Shown: piece after piece, positions 1-9,199 of the stretch
How positions within the stretch are numbered: position 1 is the first letter of the stretch
Layout: each line of letters opens with the position of its first letter
Assembly (NCBI GenBank): GCA_963733055.1
Contig: CAVTBR010000003.1
Span: 564,729 to 588,728, forward strand
Length of the DNA stretch: 24,000 bases
DNA from: Candidatus Bathyarchaeota archaeon
GTDB taxonomy: Archaea; Thermoproteota; Bathyarchaeia; 40CM-2-53-6
Direction: 5' to 3'
The notes under the pieces: model-generated
Database searches by the model: none
Seen by the model: the letters and a program-made list of their open reading frames with translations, nothing else
Told to the model about the DNA's origin: nothing
Program-made: the position numbers and the translations under genes

Positions 1-1
1 G

Positions 2-505
2 GCACAGAAATTCGGCGACGTGCTGACTGTCCTAGCCGCGAACCCAAGGGCGACGGCGAGTGAGAAGAATGTTATCCCGCTCACTACCGGAGTCCAGAAC
101 CTTACGTCGCTAAACATTGAGCTTGTCAAGCTCGTGAAAGACCGCACTGGCACCGGAGCCAGGATTGTTCTGGACGTGGTCTCCGAAGTGATGCTTGCCC
201 AGAAGATGCTTACCACACGCAAATGGATATCGGACATTGTTCCACGTTTTGAGAACTGGGGTTTCACGGTCTTGGGAGTCTTCAACCCCTCCCTTCACTC
301 AACGGAAGAGGTGCAAGGTCTAATCGAACTTTTCAATGGGTACGTCCAGATCTACGACACAGATTACCAAGGGAGGACACGCAGAGTCATCGCCGTTCGC
401 AAGATGAGTAACTTGCAATACAACCAAGAAGAACTTGTCGTAGACAAGGAGAAACTAACACACAAGAAAGCGCCATCAGGCCTTATGAAACGACTGGGCA
501 AGTAA
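2..505 (+). CDS. RecA-superfamily (KaiC/RAD55-like, COG0467-type) ATPase, C-terminal part; the 5' end probably lies outside the window
   Basis: The frame is open from base 2 (AQKFGD...), so the GTG at 20 is probably internal. 'ARIVLDVVSEVML' resembles the Walker-B-like strand and 'RRVIAVRKMSNLQY...ELVVDKEKL' resembles the conserved tail of KaiC-like archaeal ATPases. No Walker A motif is present in the window. Confidence 0.45.
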   Translation, partial: AQKFGDVLTVLAANPRATASEKNVIPLTTGVQNLTSLNIELVKLVKDRTGTGARIVLDVVSEVMLAQKMLTTRKWISDIVPRFENWGFTVLGVFNPSLHSTEEVQGLIELFNGYVQIYDTDYQGRTRRVIAVRKMSNLQYNQEELVVDKEKLTHKKAPSGLMKRLGK

Positions 506-524
506 CAATCGTCGGTTCCAGGGA

Positions 525-779
525 TTACCCCTTGCGGGCTCGTCGCTCTAACTCTTGTTCGGCCAGCGATGTGAGCGAGTGGTCGAACTCTTCCAAACCG
601 AGTTTTGGAGCTTCTTTCAAATAGAGCCAGATAACAAGTACACGCCTGCTCTGCGTTGGTGTTTCTGAGGAAACAGCGAGCTCAAGGAGCTCACCATCAG
701 AAAGTCCCTCTAGGTTCACCACTAGCCCAAGCCTCCGTTCGAGTTGATCCTGTTCAACCTTCGCCATCCAGGCTGACAC
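525..779 (-). CDS. hypothetical protein (84 aa, GTG start)
   Basis: This ORF is convergent with the upstream ATPase gene and has no recognisable motif. The call rests only on ORF length and the absence of a competing ORF. Confidence 0.3.
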   Translation of the reverse strand: MSAWMAKVEQDQLERRLGLVVNLEGLSDGELLELAVSSETPTQSRRVLVIWLYLKEAPKLGLEEFDHSLTSLAEQELERRARKG

Positions 780-1315
780 CTATTTTGCTCTGTTGTAGCC
801 GAAGCCGAGCACCGGTATACTATGCCTCAAGTTAAAAGTTAAATGCTTGCACTGGTGTCGCATCCGAAGCGTCAGTACATTAAGTAGAATAATTCCACTC
901 TACTTTGCCGCAAAAAGAACATGAAAAATGCTGTCGAAAACGCAAGAGCTGGGTCGAGCCTGCGCATCAGACACAAACCTGCTTCCTTCTCTGACGCCCA
1001 ATTCTACTGACAACGAACGAAATTCTTTCAAACTTGTCTGGGCAACTAAACGGACAGCCCAAGCATCCTTTCTCGGCTGAAACTTTGACCTTTGATTCAA
1101 TGATTGTAGAGTGACTCCGCTGCCGGTCGATTGAAGTTGAACCCGAAACTCACAGCCGTAAACGAATTACGACGGAGGCTCTCGTTGAATCCCTTCCAAC
1201 CCGTCGCCTGTCATACAGGAGCCAATTTGCTTGTGTGAACTGTTCTATCTACACCAAAACTATTAACAAGTAGCGTGAGCAAGCGTATAACAACTGCATC
1301 CTGGAGCTGTGTCAA

Positions 1316-1759
1316 ATGGTCTCGTTTAAGAAACCGACAAAGGAAGACGCCAATATTATGCTTCAGCTTGAGGGACTCCTGTTGATGGAACCCAACTATA
1401 GAGCGATGTACTGGTTCTGGCGGGTATTTCACCCGCAGAAACTTGAGACCGCGGAAGAAATTCGTAGAACCTACCCGGCGACGTCTGAGGGACAACGAAA
1501 CTTGGACCGTATTGCAGCATTCTGGGAATCTGCTGGGACGCTGGTTAAGAATGGGCTTCTGAATGAGCACCTGTTCTTTGATCGTTTCCTCGTGACACCC
1601 TACTGGAATGCTTTGAAACCGGGCGTATTCTTGGACAGGAAGGAAACACGTGAACCACGACTAAGCGAGAACTTTGAGTGGCTCGCATTAAGACAAGAGG
1701 AAAGGAAACGTCAAGAAGAAGGAAGGAAAACGACTAGTAAGGCAAAATCTCGCGGGTAA
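1316..1759 (+). CDS. hypothetical protein with a Lys/Arg/Glu-rich C-terminal tail
   Basis: 147-aa ORF with an ATG start and ordinary amino-acid composition. I prefer it over the overlapping antisense ORF 1211..1570, which is Arg/Leu-rich and shadow-like. Confidence 0.5.
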   Translation: MVSFKKPTKEDANIMLQLEGLLLMEPNYRAMYWFWRVFHPQKLETAEEIRRTYPATSEGQRNLDRIAAFWESAGTLVKNGLLNEHLFFDRFLVTPYWNALKPGVFLDRKETREPRLSENFEWLALRQEERKRQEEGRKTTSKAKSRG

Positions 1760-1983
1760 CCCATGTGCGGGTAACCGGACTTATGCCTGCGCACTAAAGT
1801 GGTGTAAGACAGTTTCCGGGGGTGTTTGACACCCTGCAGCCCATGACTTTGTCAAAGAACTTCTTCTGAGAAAACGGTGCTGTATTCGATTGTGCGGCCG
1901 AGACTAACCACCTTTAGTTGTGAAATCTTATATTAGCTGGCTTGGAAAACCACGCGCATTGATCCGACTAGGAGTGTACTGGT

Positions 1984-2769
1984 TTGCCGGTAACAGATAG
2001 GGTACGGCGTTCGCTTCAAGAGTTCGGGCTCACGGACTACGAAATTCGATCCTACACCTCTCTGCTTGAGATAGGGCCTGCCACGGCGAGTGAACTGAGC
2101 GAAGCATCGGACGTCCCATACTCAAAGATTTACGAAGTGCTCGGGTCGCTCGAGAAGAAGGGGTGGATAGAGAGTGAACACGGACGACCGAGCAGGTACT
2201 ACCCCAAACCACCCTCAGTGGCGATGGAGATCACAAGATCCCAACTTGAGAATGCCTTGAAGACGAACGAAGCGCTCATTCATGACGAGCTCCAACCGCT
2301 GTACGAGAAGAAAGGCGTGAGGGAACATCCTGATATCTGGATTGTTCGCGGAAACTTCAACGTCCTCTCAAAGATCCGGGAAACAATCGAAAGTGTTCAG
2401 AAGGAAGTTCTGGCCGCGGTGCCCGCCATCCCGGACGAGATAGTGGAAATGTTGATTCCTCCGGTCAAGCTGATCGCGGAACGAGGAGTCAAGGTGCAAA
2501 TCATGACCATGAAAAGTCCTATGAGCGAGACGATGACGAAGCTCTCGAAATTCTGCGAGGTTCGTGTTCGTGAACAGATGTTCGGCGGCGGAATCATCGC
2601 CGACGGCCGCGAAGTCATCCTGCTTCTCGGCCAAAGTCGAGATGAAGCGGTCAGCCTTGCAATATGGTCCGACCACATCGGACTGTCAAAATTCGCCAAA
2701 AACTACTTCGAATACCTATGGTCCGATTCCCTTCCAACGAAGAACTTGAACAAACGAGACCAAACCTAG
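1984..2769 (+). CDS. TrmB-family transcriptional regulator (N-terminal winged HTH plus C-terminal effector domain)
   Basis: 'LQEFGLTDYEIRSYTSLLEIGPATASELSEASDVPYSKIYEVLGSLEKKGWIE' is the typical TrmB wHTH. The start is TTG, preceded by AGGAG (1971-1975) at 8-nt spacing. The length of 261 aa is typical for the family. Confidence 0.85.
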   Translation: MPVTDRVRRSLQEFGLTDYEIRSYTSLLEIGPATASELSEASDVPYSKIYEVLGSLEKKGWIESEHGRPSRYYPKPPSVAMEITRSQLENALKTNEALIHDELQPLYEKKGVREHPDIWIVRGNFNVLSKIRETIESVQKEVLAAVPAIPDEIVEMLIPPVKLIAERGVKVQIMTMKSPMSETMTKLSKFCEVRVREQMFGGGIIADGREVILLLGQSRDEAVSLAIWSDHIGLSKFAKNYFEYLWSDSLPTKNLNKRDQT

Positions 2770-2832
2770 CCTTTCCTCGGGACCATTGTTCGCTACTGGC
2801 GTGCTATCTGTAGGGTCGGTAGCCAGATGTTG

Positions 2833-3615
2833 CTACGGGGGCGTCAGGGTGATTGTGACTGAATGGTAAGGAACGCCGCTGCCCACCGCCGCGGCAGATA
2901 TTGTTACCGTGTACGTCTGGTTAGCAAGACCGGCAGTATAGATGGTCACTACGTCCCTGCATGAGAACTCAATCCTGCAGTATCCCGATGAAGGAACCTT
3001 CTGCGATTTGAAAAACCACACATTTTGGGCCGGGATACCGTTCACTGTCTCATGAACTACTCCTGTGAAGCGGTAGATGGAAGAATAGGTTAGTAGATAC
3101 GAGACCGACGTTCCCCCGCCTTGGTTTATGGGTGTTGCTGTTTGGGTGATAGCCATGTCGAAATCAGGACTGGGCCCATTACCGCTTCCAATCGTCCCAC
3201 TGCTGCAAGTATCGGAACTGGTCTGGGCAGGCGCAGTTAACGTTGTTGTCACGGAATGAGATACGCCAAACGAATCTGCAACAATGGTTAACATGTATGT
3301 CTTGCCGGGGCTGAGATTCCCGACGAATAATGTGTCTGTCGAGATCACGGCTAGGTAGAACGAGCCCATCGAGAAAGCCGCCACCGGAACACCTATTGCG
3401 GTTTCACTAATTGGCGATGTGAAACCTCCGTAGGGAAGGTATGAGACCGTGTATGTTGCTGTACAGCCAACCTGATTCGGCTGGGAAATGCTCAACCCAA
3501 AGTCTCCCCATTCTGCATAAACCCTCGGCGCAGAAGTCTGAAGAACACTGACGCACAAAATTACGGAAACGAGAAGGAAGGCCACCCCGATGCGGGCTAT
3601 CTTATGGACTCTCAT
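2833..3615 (-). CDS. secreted protein with two tandem Ig-like/beta-sandwich domains
   Basis: The signal peptide is 'MRVHKIARIGVAFLLVSVILCVSVLQTSAPRVYA|EWG', so the ATG at 3615 is more likely than the GTG at 3630 called in the track. An internal duplication is visible: 'DFGLSISQP...TYTVSYLPYGGF...ETAIGVP...GKTYMLTIVADSFGVSHSVTTTLTAP' against 'DFDMAITQT...SYLLTYSSIYRF...ETVNGIP...NQTYTVTISAAAVGSGVPYHSVTITLTPP'. Confidence 0.7.
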   Translation of the reverse strand: MRVHKIARIGVAFLLVSVILCVSVLQTSAPRVYAEWGDFGLSISQPNQVGCTATYTVSYLPYGGFTSPISETAIGVPVAAFSMGSFYLAVISTDTLFVGNLSPGKTYMLTIVADSFGVSHSVTTTLTAPAQTSSDTCSSGTIGSGNGPSPDFDMAITQTATPINQGGGTSVSYLLTYSSIYRFTGVVHETVNGIPAQNVWFFKSQKVPSSGYCRIEFSCRDVVTIYTAGLANQTYTVTISAAAVGSGVPYHSVTITLTPP

Positions 3616-3814
3616 AGAGTCAATGTCCACAACTATTCACCTAGTTGATCCTTGCAAAACAAGAGCTGCATATTCTCCTTATAACTCTGAAGGCCTCACG
3701 CAGGGCAAATGAACCGGAATTCTCCCCGAATAACCGGGCTTTTCCTTAGAGCCAATGGCTCTGCCCACCCAGTCAAAGGGCCCAGTTACGAGCGTTCGTC
3801 AAAATTGAACGTGG

Positions 3815-4204
3815 TTAGGAGGCTAGGATTGAGTATCTGAGTTGGAATAGTGGAACAAGCTGCTCTACGACCTCGCCTGATTTTATTTCGACGGTTGCCC
3901 ATTTCTCTCCTCCCGTATCTTCGGCCTCCTTGACGCAATCTACAACGTAGCTGTCAAGGTTCTCGTCTTGAAGGACCTTCTTCTCGAAGTTAGGTTCGAC
4001 CGGGAAGTTGACCCACAGGTGTTCGTCGAAATGCACCCAGACTAGGTCCGTCCCCTTGACTCTGTAAGCCGGGCACCATTCTCCCGAAACGTCGTCGATC
4101 TCTATCGTCTCTTCAATTTCAGGAAGCGTGCGTAGATTCGTTCTGAGTTGTGCGAAAAACTTCTTCTGTTTTGCATTTTTGACTTTCTCTAGAAATTCTT
4201 GCAT
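3815..4204 (-). CDS. hypothetical cytoplasmic protein (129 aa)
   Basis: Clean ATG ORF with balanced composition and no TM segment or signal peptide. I cannot name the family. Confidence 0.6.
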   Translation of the reverse strand: MQEFLEKVKNAKQKKFFAQLRTNLRTLPEIEETIEIDDVSGEWCPAYRVKGTDLVWVHFDEHLWVNFPVEPNFEKKVLQDENLDSYVVDCVKEAEDTGGEKWATVEIKSGEVVEQLVPLFQLRYSILAS

Positions 4205-4315
4205 GTTATCTCAGGGTCCTGTGAATTCGATTTCAAGTCAACTTCAGGCCTATTTGAAGCTGATGCGTGCGGGTTTGCAGAGAGAGGGTGAGCAGTCCGG
4301 TGAATGTTGCTGACT

Positions 4316-5773
4316 TTATGAGAGCTTCAAATATGCTTCATGTAGTTCTGTCATGAATTTTGTATGCCATCCCTCAAACCCTTCAGGTGTCGTCGGATAA
4401 TTCATGTAATGTTGTATGAGTTTCCTGCTCTTCTCAGCCGTATACCTTAATCCCCTGGCCAACGCGAGCCGGGGTAATGCCCAGAGAATACGTGCGGGGT
4501 TTCCTAGGCTTACACGTTTGAATTCCGGATGCTCTCGCCTTGTAATGCTATCCACATCGTCTTGGCCCAGGAAATGTTTCATTCCATAGTTCAGGTCATC
4601 GTTGCTAAGTATCTGCAGGAAACGTCGAAGGATTTCGAAACTCGCCATCCGATAACCATACGCTCTAACATAATCCGTGTTAAATTTCCAGAGGCCCTTC
4701 TCGGAGGTGTCGTTTGATTCCAGAGATTCAGCCACCACTTTGCCTGCGATCGTACTGGCGTATAGTGCGGGGCCTATGCCGCCGGCGTCGATCGGACGGG
4801 GCATCCACGCGGCGTCGCCCACAATCATGTAACCGTTGGCAACCATACAATCGTTCTGTCGTCGGACTGGCACTTGCCAACTTCCCTTCTCATTTCCCCG
4901 ATCCTCAACTTCGTCCGTTAGTTTCCAGTTCTTGATTACGGGGTTGGTTCTTACGTATTCATCTATGAGTGACTGAAGTGTATCGTTCTTTCCCAACTCC
5001 TTGTTTCGCCGTTCGAGCAGCCGCCGCTGAACTCCCAAGCCCACATTCATTTTGTGTTCGCCCTTTGGGAAGACCCAGGCGTATCCGCCTGGCGCAATCT
5101 CTTGATCCAAGTGGATTATGCAAATATCTGGATCGAAGAATGTGGTATCTTGTTGACCTGACTCGAACTTGAGGATGTATCGGCCAGTTGACTCCATGTC
5201 GTTCTCTTTGTCAATCTCTTTCTCAATGTGGCTCGCGATAGAAAGGCTGGTTCTGAGACGTGAGGCCGAACCCGTCGCGTCAACGACAAGCTGTGCCGTT
5301 TTCTTGAAGGTCGAGTTGTCTTTCGAAGAGCGGCATTGTACACCTCGAATAAAGCTGTCCTCTACGACGAGTGAGTCAGCGTATGCTTCAAATCGAAATT
5401 CAACGCCAAGTTTCTCAGCGTCCCGCAACTGTCGTTGGGGCAAGACTCGGCGGTTGAGCACGTATCCTTCGCCGTCGAACATCGCTTTGGATTGGTGATC
5501 CGGGGAATAGGCTACGACGCCGTGAACTGGCTGTTCAAGCTCGGGCTTTCCGTATCTTATTCCGACTTCTCGTTCTAAGTAGTCTAGACTATTCTTGCTG
5601 ACTGCATCACCGCAGACCCATCCAGCCGCGGTTTTTTTGCCGGCTTCGTCTCTTGAGTTTCGGTCAATTACCAAGATCTTGAGGTTCTGGTTGGAGTGTT
5701 TTGCAGCGGAGGCTGCCGTCACCATGCCGGCTATGCCCGCTCCGGCGATGATCACATCGTAATCGGTTTTCAT
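4316..5773 (-). CDS. geranylgeranyl reductase family flavoprotein (digeranylgeranylglycerophospholipid reductase-like)
   Basis: It has an FAD Rossmann motif 'YDVIIAGAGIAGMVTA', 'AGWVCGDAV' (the conserved Cys region of GGRs) and 'MIVGDAAWMPRPIDAGGIGPA'. GAGGAG lies about 8 nt upstream of the ATG. At 485 aa it is longer than many GGRs because of a C-terminal extension. Confidence 0.85.
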   Translation of the reverse strand: MKTDYDVIIAGAGIAGMVTAASAAKHSNQNLKILVIDRNSRDEAGKKTAAGWVCGDAVSKNSLDYLEREVGIRYGKPELEQPVHGVVAYSPDHQSKAMFDGEGYVLNRRVLPQRQLRDAEKLGVEFRFEAYADSLVVEDSFIRGVQCRSSKDNSTFKKTAQLVVDATGSASRLRTSLSIASHIEKEIDKENDMESTGRYILKFESGQQDTTFFDPDICIIHLDQEIAPGGYAWVFPKGEHKMNVGLGVQRRLLERRNKELGKNDTLQSLIDEYVRTNPVIKNWKLTDEVEDRGNEKGSWQVPVRRQNDCMVANGYMIVGDAAWMPRPIDAGGIGPALYASTIAGKVVAESLESNDTSEKGLWKFNTDYVRAYGYRMASFEILRRFLQILSNDDLNYGMKHFLGQDDVDSITRREHPEFKRVSLGNPARILWALPRLALARGLRYTAEKSRKLIQHYMNYPTTPEGFEGWHTKFMTELHEAYLKLS

Positions 5774-5929
5774 GCCGGACTCCTCTTGCGATTGTCAGTT
5801 AGAATTGGTTTCACAGAAAAACGTTCAGGTTCAAGAGTTCAGCGAAGTTACGTGTTACAATCAACCTTCAGAGAGTCCACTACTGAAAACTGAAACGGAA
5901 AGGAAAGGAGTTGGGGCTGGCTTTGGAGG

Positions 5930-7606
5930 TTACTTCGTCTTGATCATGCCGTTTTCGATGGTCAAGAGTTCGGAGCTGGGTGTGTTGAGTGCGCCGAGTG
6001 GGCATCCGCATCCTGCGGAGTGGCCTTTACCTTTTCGTAGAGTGCCCTTGTAGAGGCCTTGTTCAAGAGTTGTGTTATGGGCCTTCTCCCATTCCGCTAT
6101 TGGGATTCCGTACTTGGGCTGGATAGCGTCTCTGTACCATTCGGGGATTACGTTGAAGGCGCAGAATGGGATTATTCTCATGTCTGGGCTGAGGTAGTGG
6201 ATGTCGCATCGTCGTAGGCGTTCTTCGTCGTGGTTGTACTTGTCCATGAAGTGCATCATGCCGAGGAACATAGATTTGTGGTGGAATGCTCCCAGGGCGC
6301 TGTAGTCGTTCTTGACGAGTGCGTTGAAGAGTAGTTTACTCAACGCTAGGCCCTTGGGTTGTTTGCTTCTGTCGATGAATGTTCCCATCTTGGCCAGGAC
6401 TTTCGCTACGACTAGGTACTTGTTCTTGCCGGACTTCAGTTCGTCGGCTTTCTCCTCCAAATATTCCAGAAGTCCTTCTAAGTCGACGAAGGAGGCTATT
6501 GGGACGAGTTTGTCGCCGTCTTTGAAGACGTATGTACCTGCGCCGCACGCGAAGTGTATGGATAGTTCGTATCGGGGGCGTTTGGTTAGGGCTTCGACGA
6601 AGTGTGTGATTGGGACGCAGCTTGGTACTGGGAACCATGACTCTCTTCCGACCTCTCCGTTTGTTTGTTCCTCAATGCGTTCGATGCAGTCGGGGATTGT
6701 TATTCGGTACTTCTCTCTCTCTGACTTTGAGAGTCTGCCTGTGAGGGATACTGGTTGGAAGTTGACCGCGTGAATTGTATCCATGTTCCTTTGTCCGAAG
6801 CGGATTAGGCCGCCGAGTTCGTGGTCGTTAATGCTCTTGATGACGGTTGGGACTAGAACTACGCCCAAACCGGCCTTTCGGCATTGCTCAATCGCGATTG
6901 GGGCTTCCCAGTGATTCTTGGGGTTAGTTCTTGGTGTGACTCCGTCAAAACTCATGTAAACGGTGTTTACACCTGCGTTTCTAACTCTCAATGCCATCTC
7001 GGGGTCCTGTGCTAGGTTGATGGCGTTGCTGTTGAGCTGTATGTGCTCAACGCCTTCCTCTCTGCAGATCTTGATAATCTCAGGAAGGTCGTCCCGGAGG
7101 GTTGGTTCTCCACCGGTAATTTGAATTGCATTTCCAGGAACTGGCCTTTCCGCGCGTAGAACTTGGACCATTTCACGGATCTTCTCTTGGGTCGGCTCAT
7201 ACACGTAAGCGCCCTCGACGCCTTTCTTGGCGTAGAAGAAGCAGTACCAGCAGGTGAGGTCGCAGCGGTTCGTGATTACGAGGTTGGTTAAGCCTGAGTG
7301 GCTTAGGTGGCTTGTGCACAACCCGCAGTTGGTTGGGCAGGCACATTTCTCCAAGGGTACGTTCGGGTTCTCGATTCCCTTTCCGTTGTGCGAGAATTTG
7401 GCGAACTTGTAATACATGTCAGCGGAACCAAAGTAAAGTTCCTCAACCTCCCCGTGCTCTGGGCAGGTTTTGGCTATCCAAATCTTTCCTTCTCTTTCGT
7501 ATACGTTAGCGGGAAGGATTCGGTTGCAGTCGGGGCAGATGCTTCGAGTTTCTCGAATCTGTTTAGTCTCGGTCCTTTCAATCTGAATTGTTTCCATATT
7601 AACCAC
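5930..7606 (-). CDS. tes: radical SAM enzyme of the MJ0619 / tetraether lipid synthase (Tes, GDGT-MAS) family
   Basis: Radical-SAM motif 'NRCDLTCWYC' (CX3CX2C). Upstream of it is an auxiliary Cys cluster 'CACPTNCGLC' and an N-terminal ribbon 'CPDC...(20 aa)...CPEHG'. The length is 558 aa and the gene sits directly upstream of GGR on the same strand. Confidence 0.6.
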   Translation of the reverse strand: MVNMETIQIERTETKQIRETRSICPDCNRILPANVYEREGKIWIAKTCPEHGEVEELYFGSADMYYKFAKFSHNGKGIENPNVPLEKCACPTNCGLCTSHLSHSGLTNLVITNRCDLTCWYCFFYAKKGVEGAYVYEPTQEKIREMVQVLRAERPVPGNAIQITGGEPTLRDDLPEIIKICREEGVEHIQLNSNAINLAQDPEMALRVRNAGVNTVYMSFDGVTPRTNPKNHWEAPIAIEQCRKAGLGVVLVPTVIKSINDHELGGLIRFGQRNMDTIHAVNFQPVSLTGRLSKSEREKYRITIPDCIERIEEQTNGEVGRESWFPVPSCVPITHFVEALTKRPRYELSIHFACGAGTYVFKDGDKLVPIASFVDLEGLLEYLEEKADELKSGKNKYLVVAKVLAKMGTFIDRSKQPKGLALSKLLFNALVKNDYSALGAFHHKSMFLGMMHFMDKYNHDEERLRRCDIHYLSPDMRIIPFCAFNVIPEWYRDAIQPKYGIPIAEWEKAHNTTLEQGLYKGTLRKGKGHSAGCGCPLGALNTPSSELLTIENGMIKTK

Positions 7607-7642
7607 CGTCTAAGGTAAACTATCCTCGCCGAAGGTTTTCAT

Positions 7643-7652
7643 CTATATTAAC
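7643..7652 (-). promoter_or_regulatory. putative TATA box for the Tes-like gene (minus strand reads TTAATATAGA)
   Basis: An AT-rich TATA-like element is centred about 41 nt upstream of the ATG at 7606, in a divergent intergenic region. Confidence 0.35.
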
Positions 7653-7849
7653 GGTTTCCAAACCAAAGCTAAGGTGAAACGTGGGAACCGAAAACACCCC
7701 ATTTCCACCCTTTTCACCCCGCTACTAGGGGGATACGGAGTACCAACCGCTGGTCGGTTCCATCTGGATTCTTGAGTGCATCATACCATCGAGGGTCTCA
7801 AAAGCAATTAATTTGGTGTGTAGACTTGCGGTTTCCTGCTGGTTGACCC

Positions 7850-8332
7850 ATGTCCCAAGAGTCGAAGAGCCCGAGGGAGTCGTTGACGACTATGGTCAGG
7901 ATTATGATGCCTATGGACGCGAACAATTCTGGCAACGTCTTCGGTGGCGCAATATTACGACTAATCGATGAAGTGGGGTCCGTCGTAGCTCTCAAGCATG
8001 CACGCACAAACGTCGTGACCGCGTCCGTTGACAGAATGGACTTCTATTCCCCCGTCTACATCGGGGACATGCTCCGGCTTAACGCTTCCATCAACTTCGT
8101 TCACCGCACCTCGATGGAGGTAGGGGTTCGTGTAGAGGCTGAGAACCCTTTCACGGGCGAGGTCAGGCATACGGGCACCTCCTTCTTAACGTATGTCGGA
8201 CTTGATCAGAAACGAAAACCCACTATCGTCCCCGCGTTGAGATTGGAAACTGACGAGGACAAGAGGCGGTGGGCAGAAGGTCAGGAAAGGCGGAAGGCAA
8301 GGCTGAAAGAAATCGGCAGACACGAGGATTAA
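7850..8332 (+). CDS. acyl-CoA thioesterase (hotdog fold, YciA/acyl-CoA hydrolase type)
   Basis: 'MPMDANNSGNVFGGAILRLIDEVGSVVA...VTASVDRMDFYSPVYIGDMLRLNASI...TSMEVGVRVEAEN' matches the conserved core of acyl-CoA hydrolases. The C-terminal tail is basic. Confidence 0.85.
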   Translation: MSQESKSPRESLTTMVRIMMPMDANNSGNVFGGAILRLIDEVGSVVALKHARTNVVTASVDRMDFYSPVYIGDMLRLNASINFVHRTSMEVGVRVEAENPFTGEVRHTGTSFLTYVGLDQKRKPTIVPALRLETDEDKRRWAEGQERRKARLKEIGRHED

Positions 8333-8420
8333 CGATAAACCTCCATAGGTACGCGACTAGATTGGAAGGTTCAGGGACCTTGGCAAAGATTCAACAATCA
8401 GTGTTGTTAGGTAGAATCTT

Positions 8421-8660
8421 GTGGTTGAATCTGTGATTGGAGTAGTCATAACATTCGACGATCAGGAAAACAAGGCGTGGATAACGCTTTCCGAGCCGAA
8501 CCTTGACGCGTTCATTGGCCACGATGCAACATTCCAATTCTCCAAGACCAAGGATTTCAAGGGCAAAGTCGTTGGCGTGGAGGATGATTTTCTCGTCGTG
8601 AAGTTTGAGGAACCACCCTTAGGCCTTGGGCAGGGAAGCCAAGTAGCGATTGCAGAGTGA
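8421..8660 (+). CDS. small hypothetical protein (79 aa, GTG start), predicted all-beta
   Basis: This is the only sensible ORF in the interval and no motif was recognised. The antisense ORFs 8462..8749 and 8557..8772 look like shadows. Confidence 0.4.
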   Translation: MVESVIGVVITFDDQENKAWITLSEPNLDAFIGHDATFQFSKTKDFKGKVVGVEDDFLVVKFEEPPLGLGQGSQVAIAE

Positions 8661-8784
8661 TCAGGTTTCGAATATTGAGTAAATCGTGTACCCAGGCAGC
8701 CAGGCGACGGGTAACTATAATTCCATGAACAATCGCTGCAGTACTCCAATGGTATGATCGCGAGAGCTGCATGGGGTCGAATAT

Positions 8785-9129
8785 TTGATCAGGAATATAG
8801 AGAAAGATTGGCGCGAGCGTGTTGTGAAAAACAACCTAGACCTGATCATACTCCGACTCCTTAGGTCCAGGCCACAGTGGGGTTACGAGGTTAACATTGC
8901 AATTCGAGACCGATACCGAGTTTACCTGAGCGCAGGGACTCTATACCCGCTCCTCCACTCCCTGGAGGCTGACGGATTTATACAAGGGGAATGGGAAGCG
9001 CAGAAGGGCCGAGGAAGAAGAATTTATAAAATAACTGAAAGCGGAATCAATTTCTTAGAAGCGGGCGAGCGCGCCACCCTAGAGCTGGCGAGGCTTATAC
9101 AAGGACAAACCGCACCGCAGAAACCGTAG
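8785..9129 (+). CDS. PadR-family transcriptional regulator
   Basis: 'LIILRLLRSRPQWGYEVNIAI...LSAGTLYPLLHSLEADGFIQGEWE...GRRIYKITESG' is the canonical PadR winged helix. The start is TTG. Confidence 0.85.
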   Translation: MIRNIEKDWRERVVKNNLDLIILRLLRSRPQWGYEVNIAIRDRYRVYLSAGTLYPLLHSLEADGFIQGEWEAQKGRGRRIYKITESGINFLEAGERATLELARLIQGQTAPQKP

Positions 9130-9199
9130 CAGTGGTAGAATTTTCTCAGGACGGAAAGCAATATCAGTCGAGAGAATTAGTTCGAGGCTACGATTTAAC

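Noticed and set aside
1184-1192. T-loop-like 'gttgaatcc' suggesting a tRNA
   Set aside because: The flanking sequence cannot form a T-stem, acceptor stem or anticodon arm, so there is no cloverleaf.
1211-1570. 119-aa minus-strand ORF overlapping ORF 1316..1759
   Set aside because: It overlaps the plus-strand ORF almost completely and is Arg/Leu/Ser-rich. The plus-strand ORF has the more protein-like composition, although neither call is strong.
6312-6773. 153-aa plus-strand ORF and 100-aa minus-strand off-frame ORF inside the radical SAM gene
   Set aside because: They lie antisense or off-frame within a 558-aa ORF that carries intact radical-SAM motifs, and their composition is Ser/Arg/Leu-rich.
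8668-8785. Direct repeat of 'tcgaatatt' (8668-8676 and 8777-8785) flanking the padR upstream region
   Set aside because: By rough estimate, an exact 9-mer match is expected by chance many times in 24 kb. There is no extended similarity or dyad symmetry typical of PadR operators.
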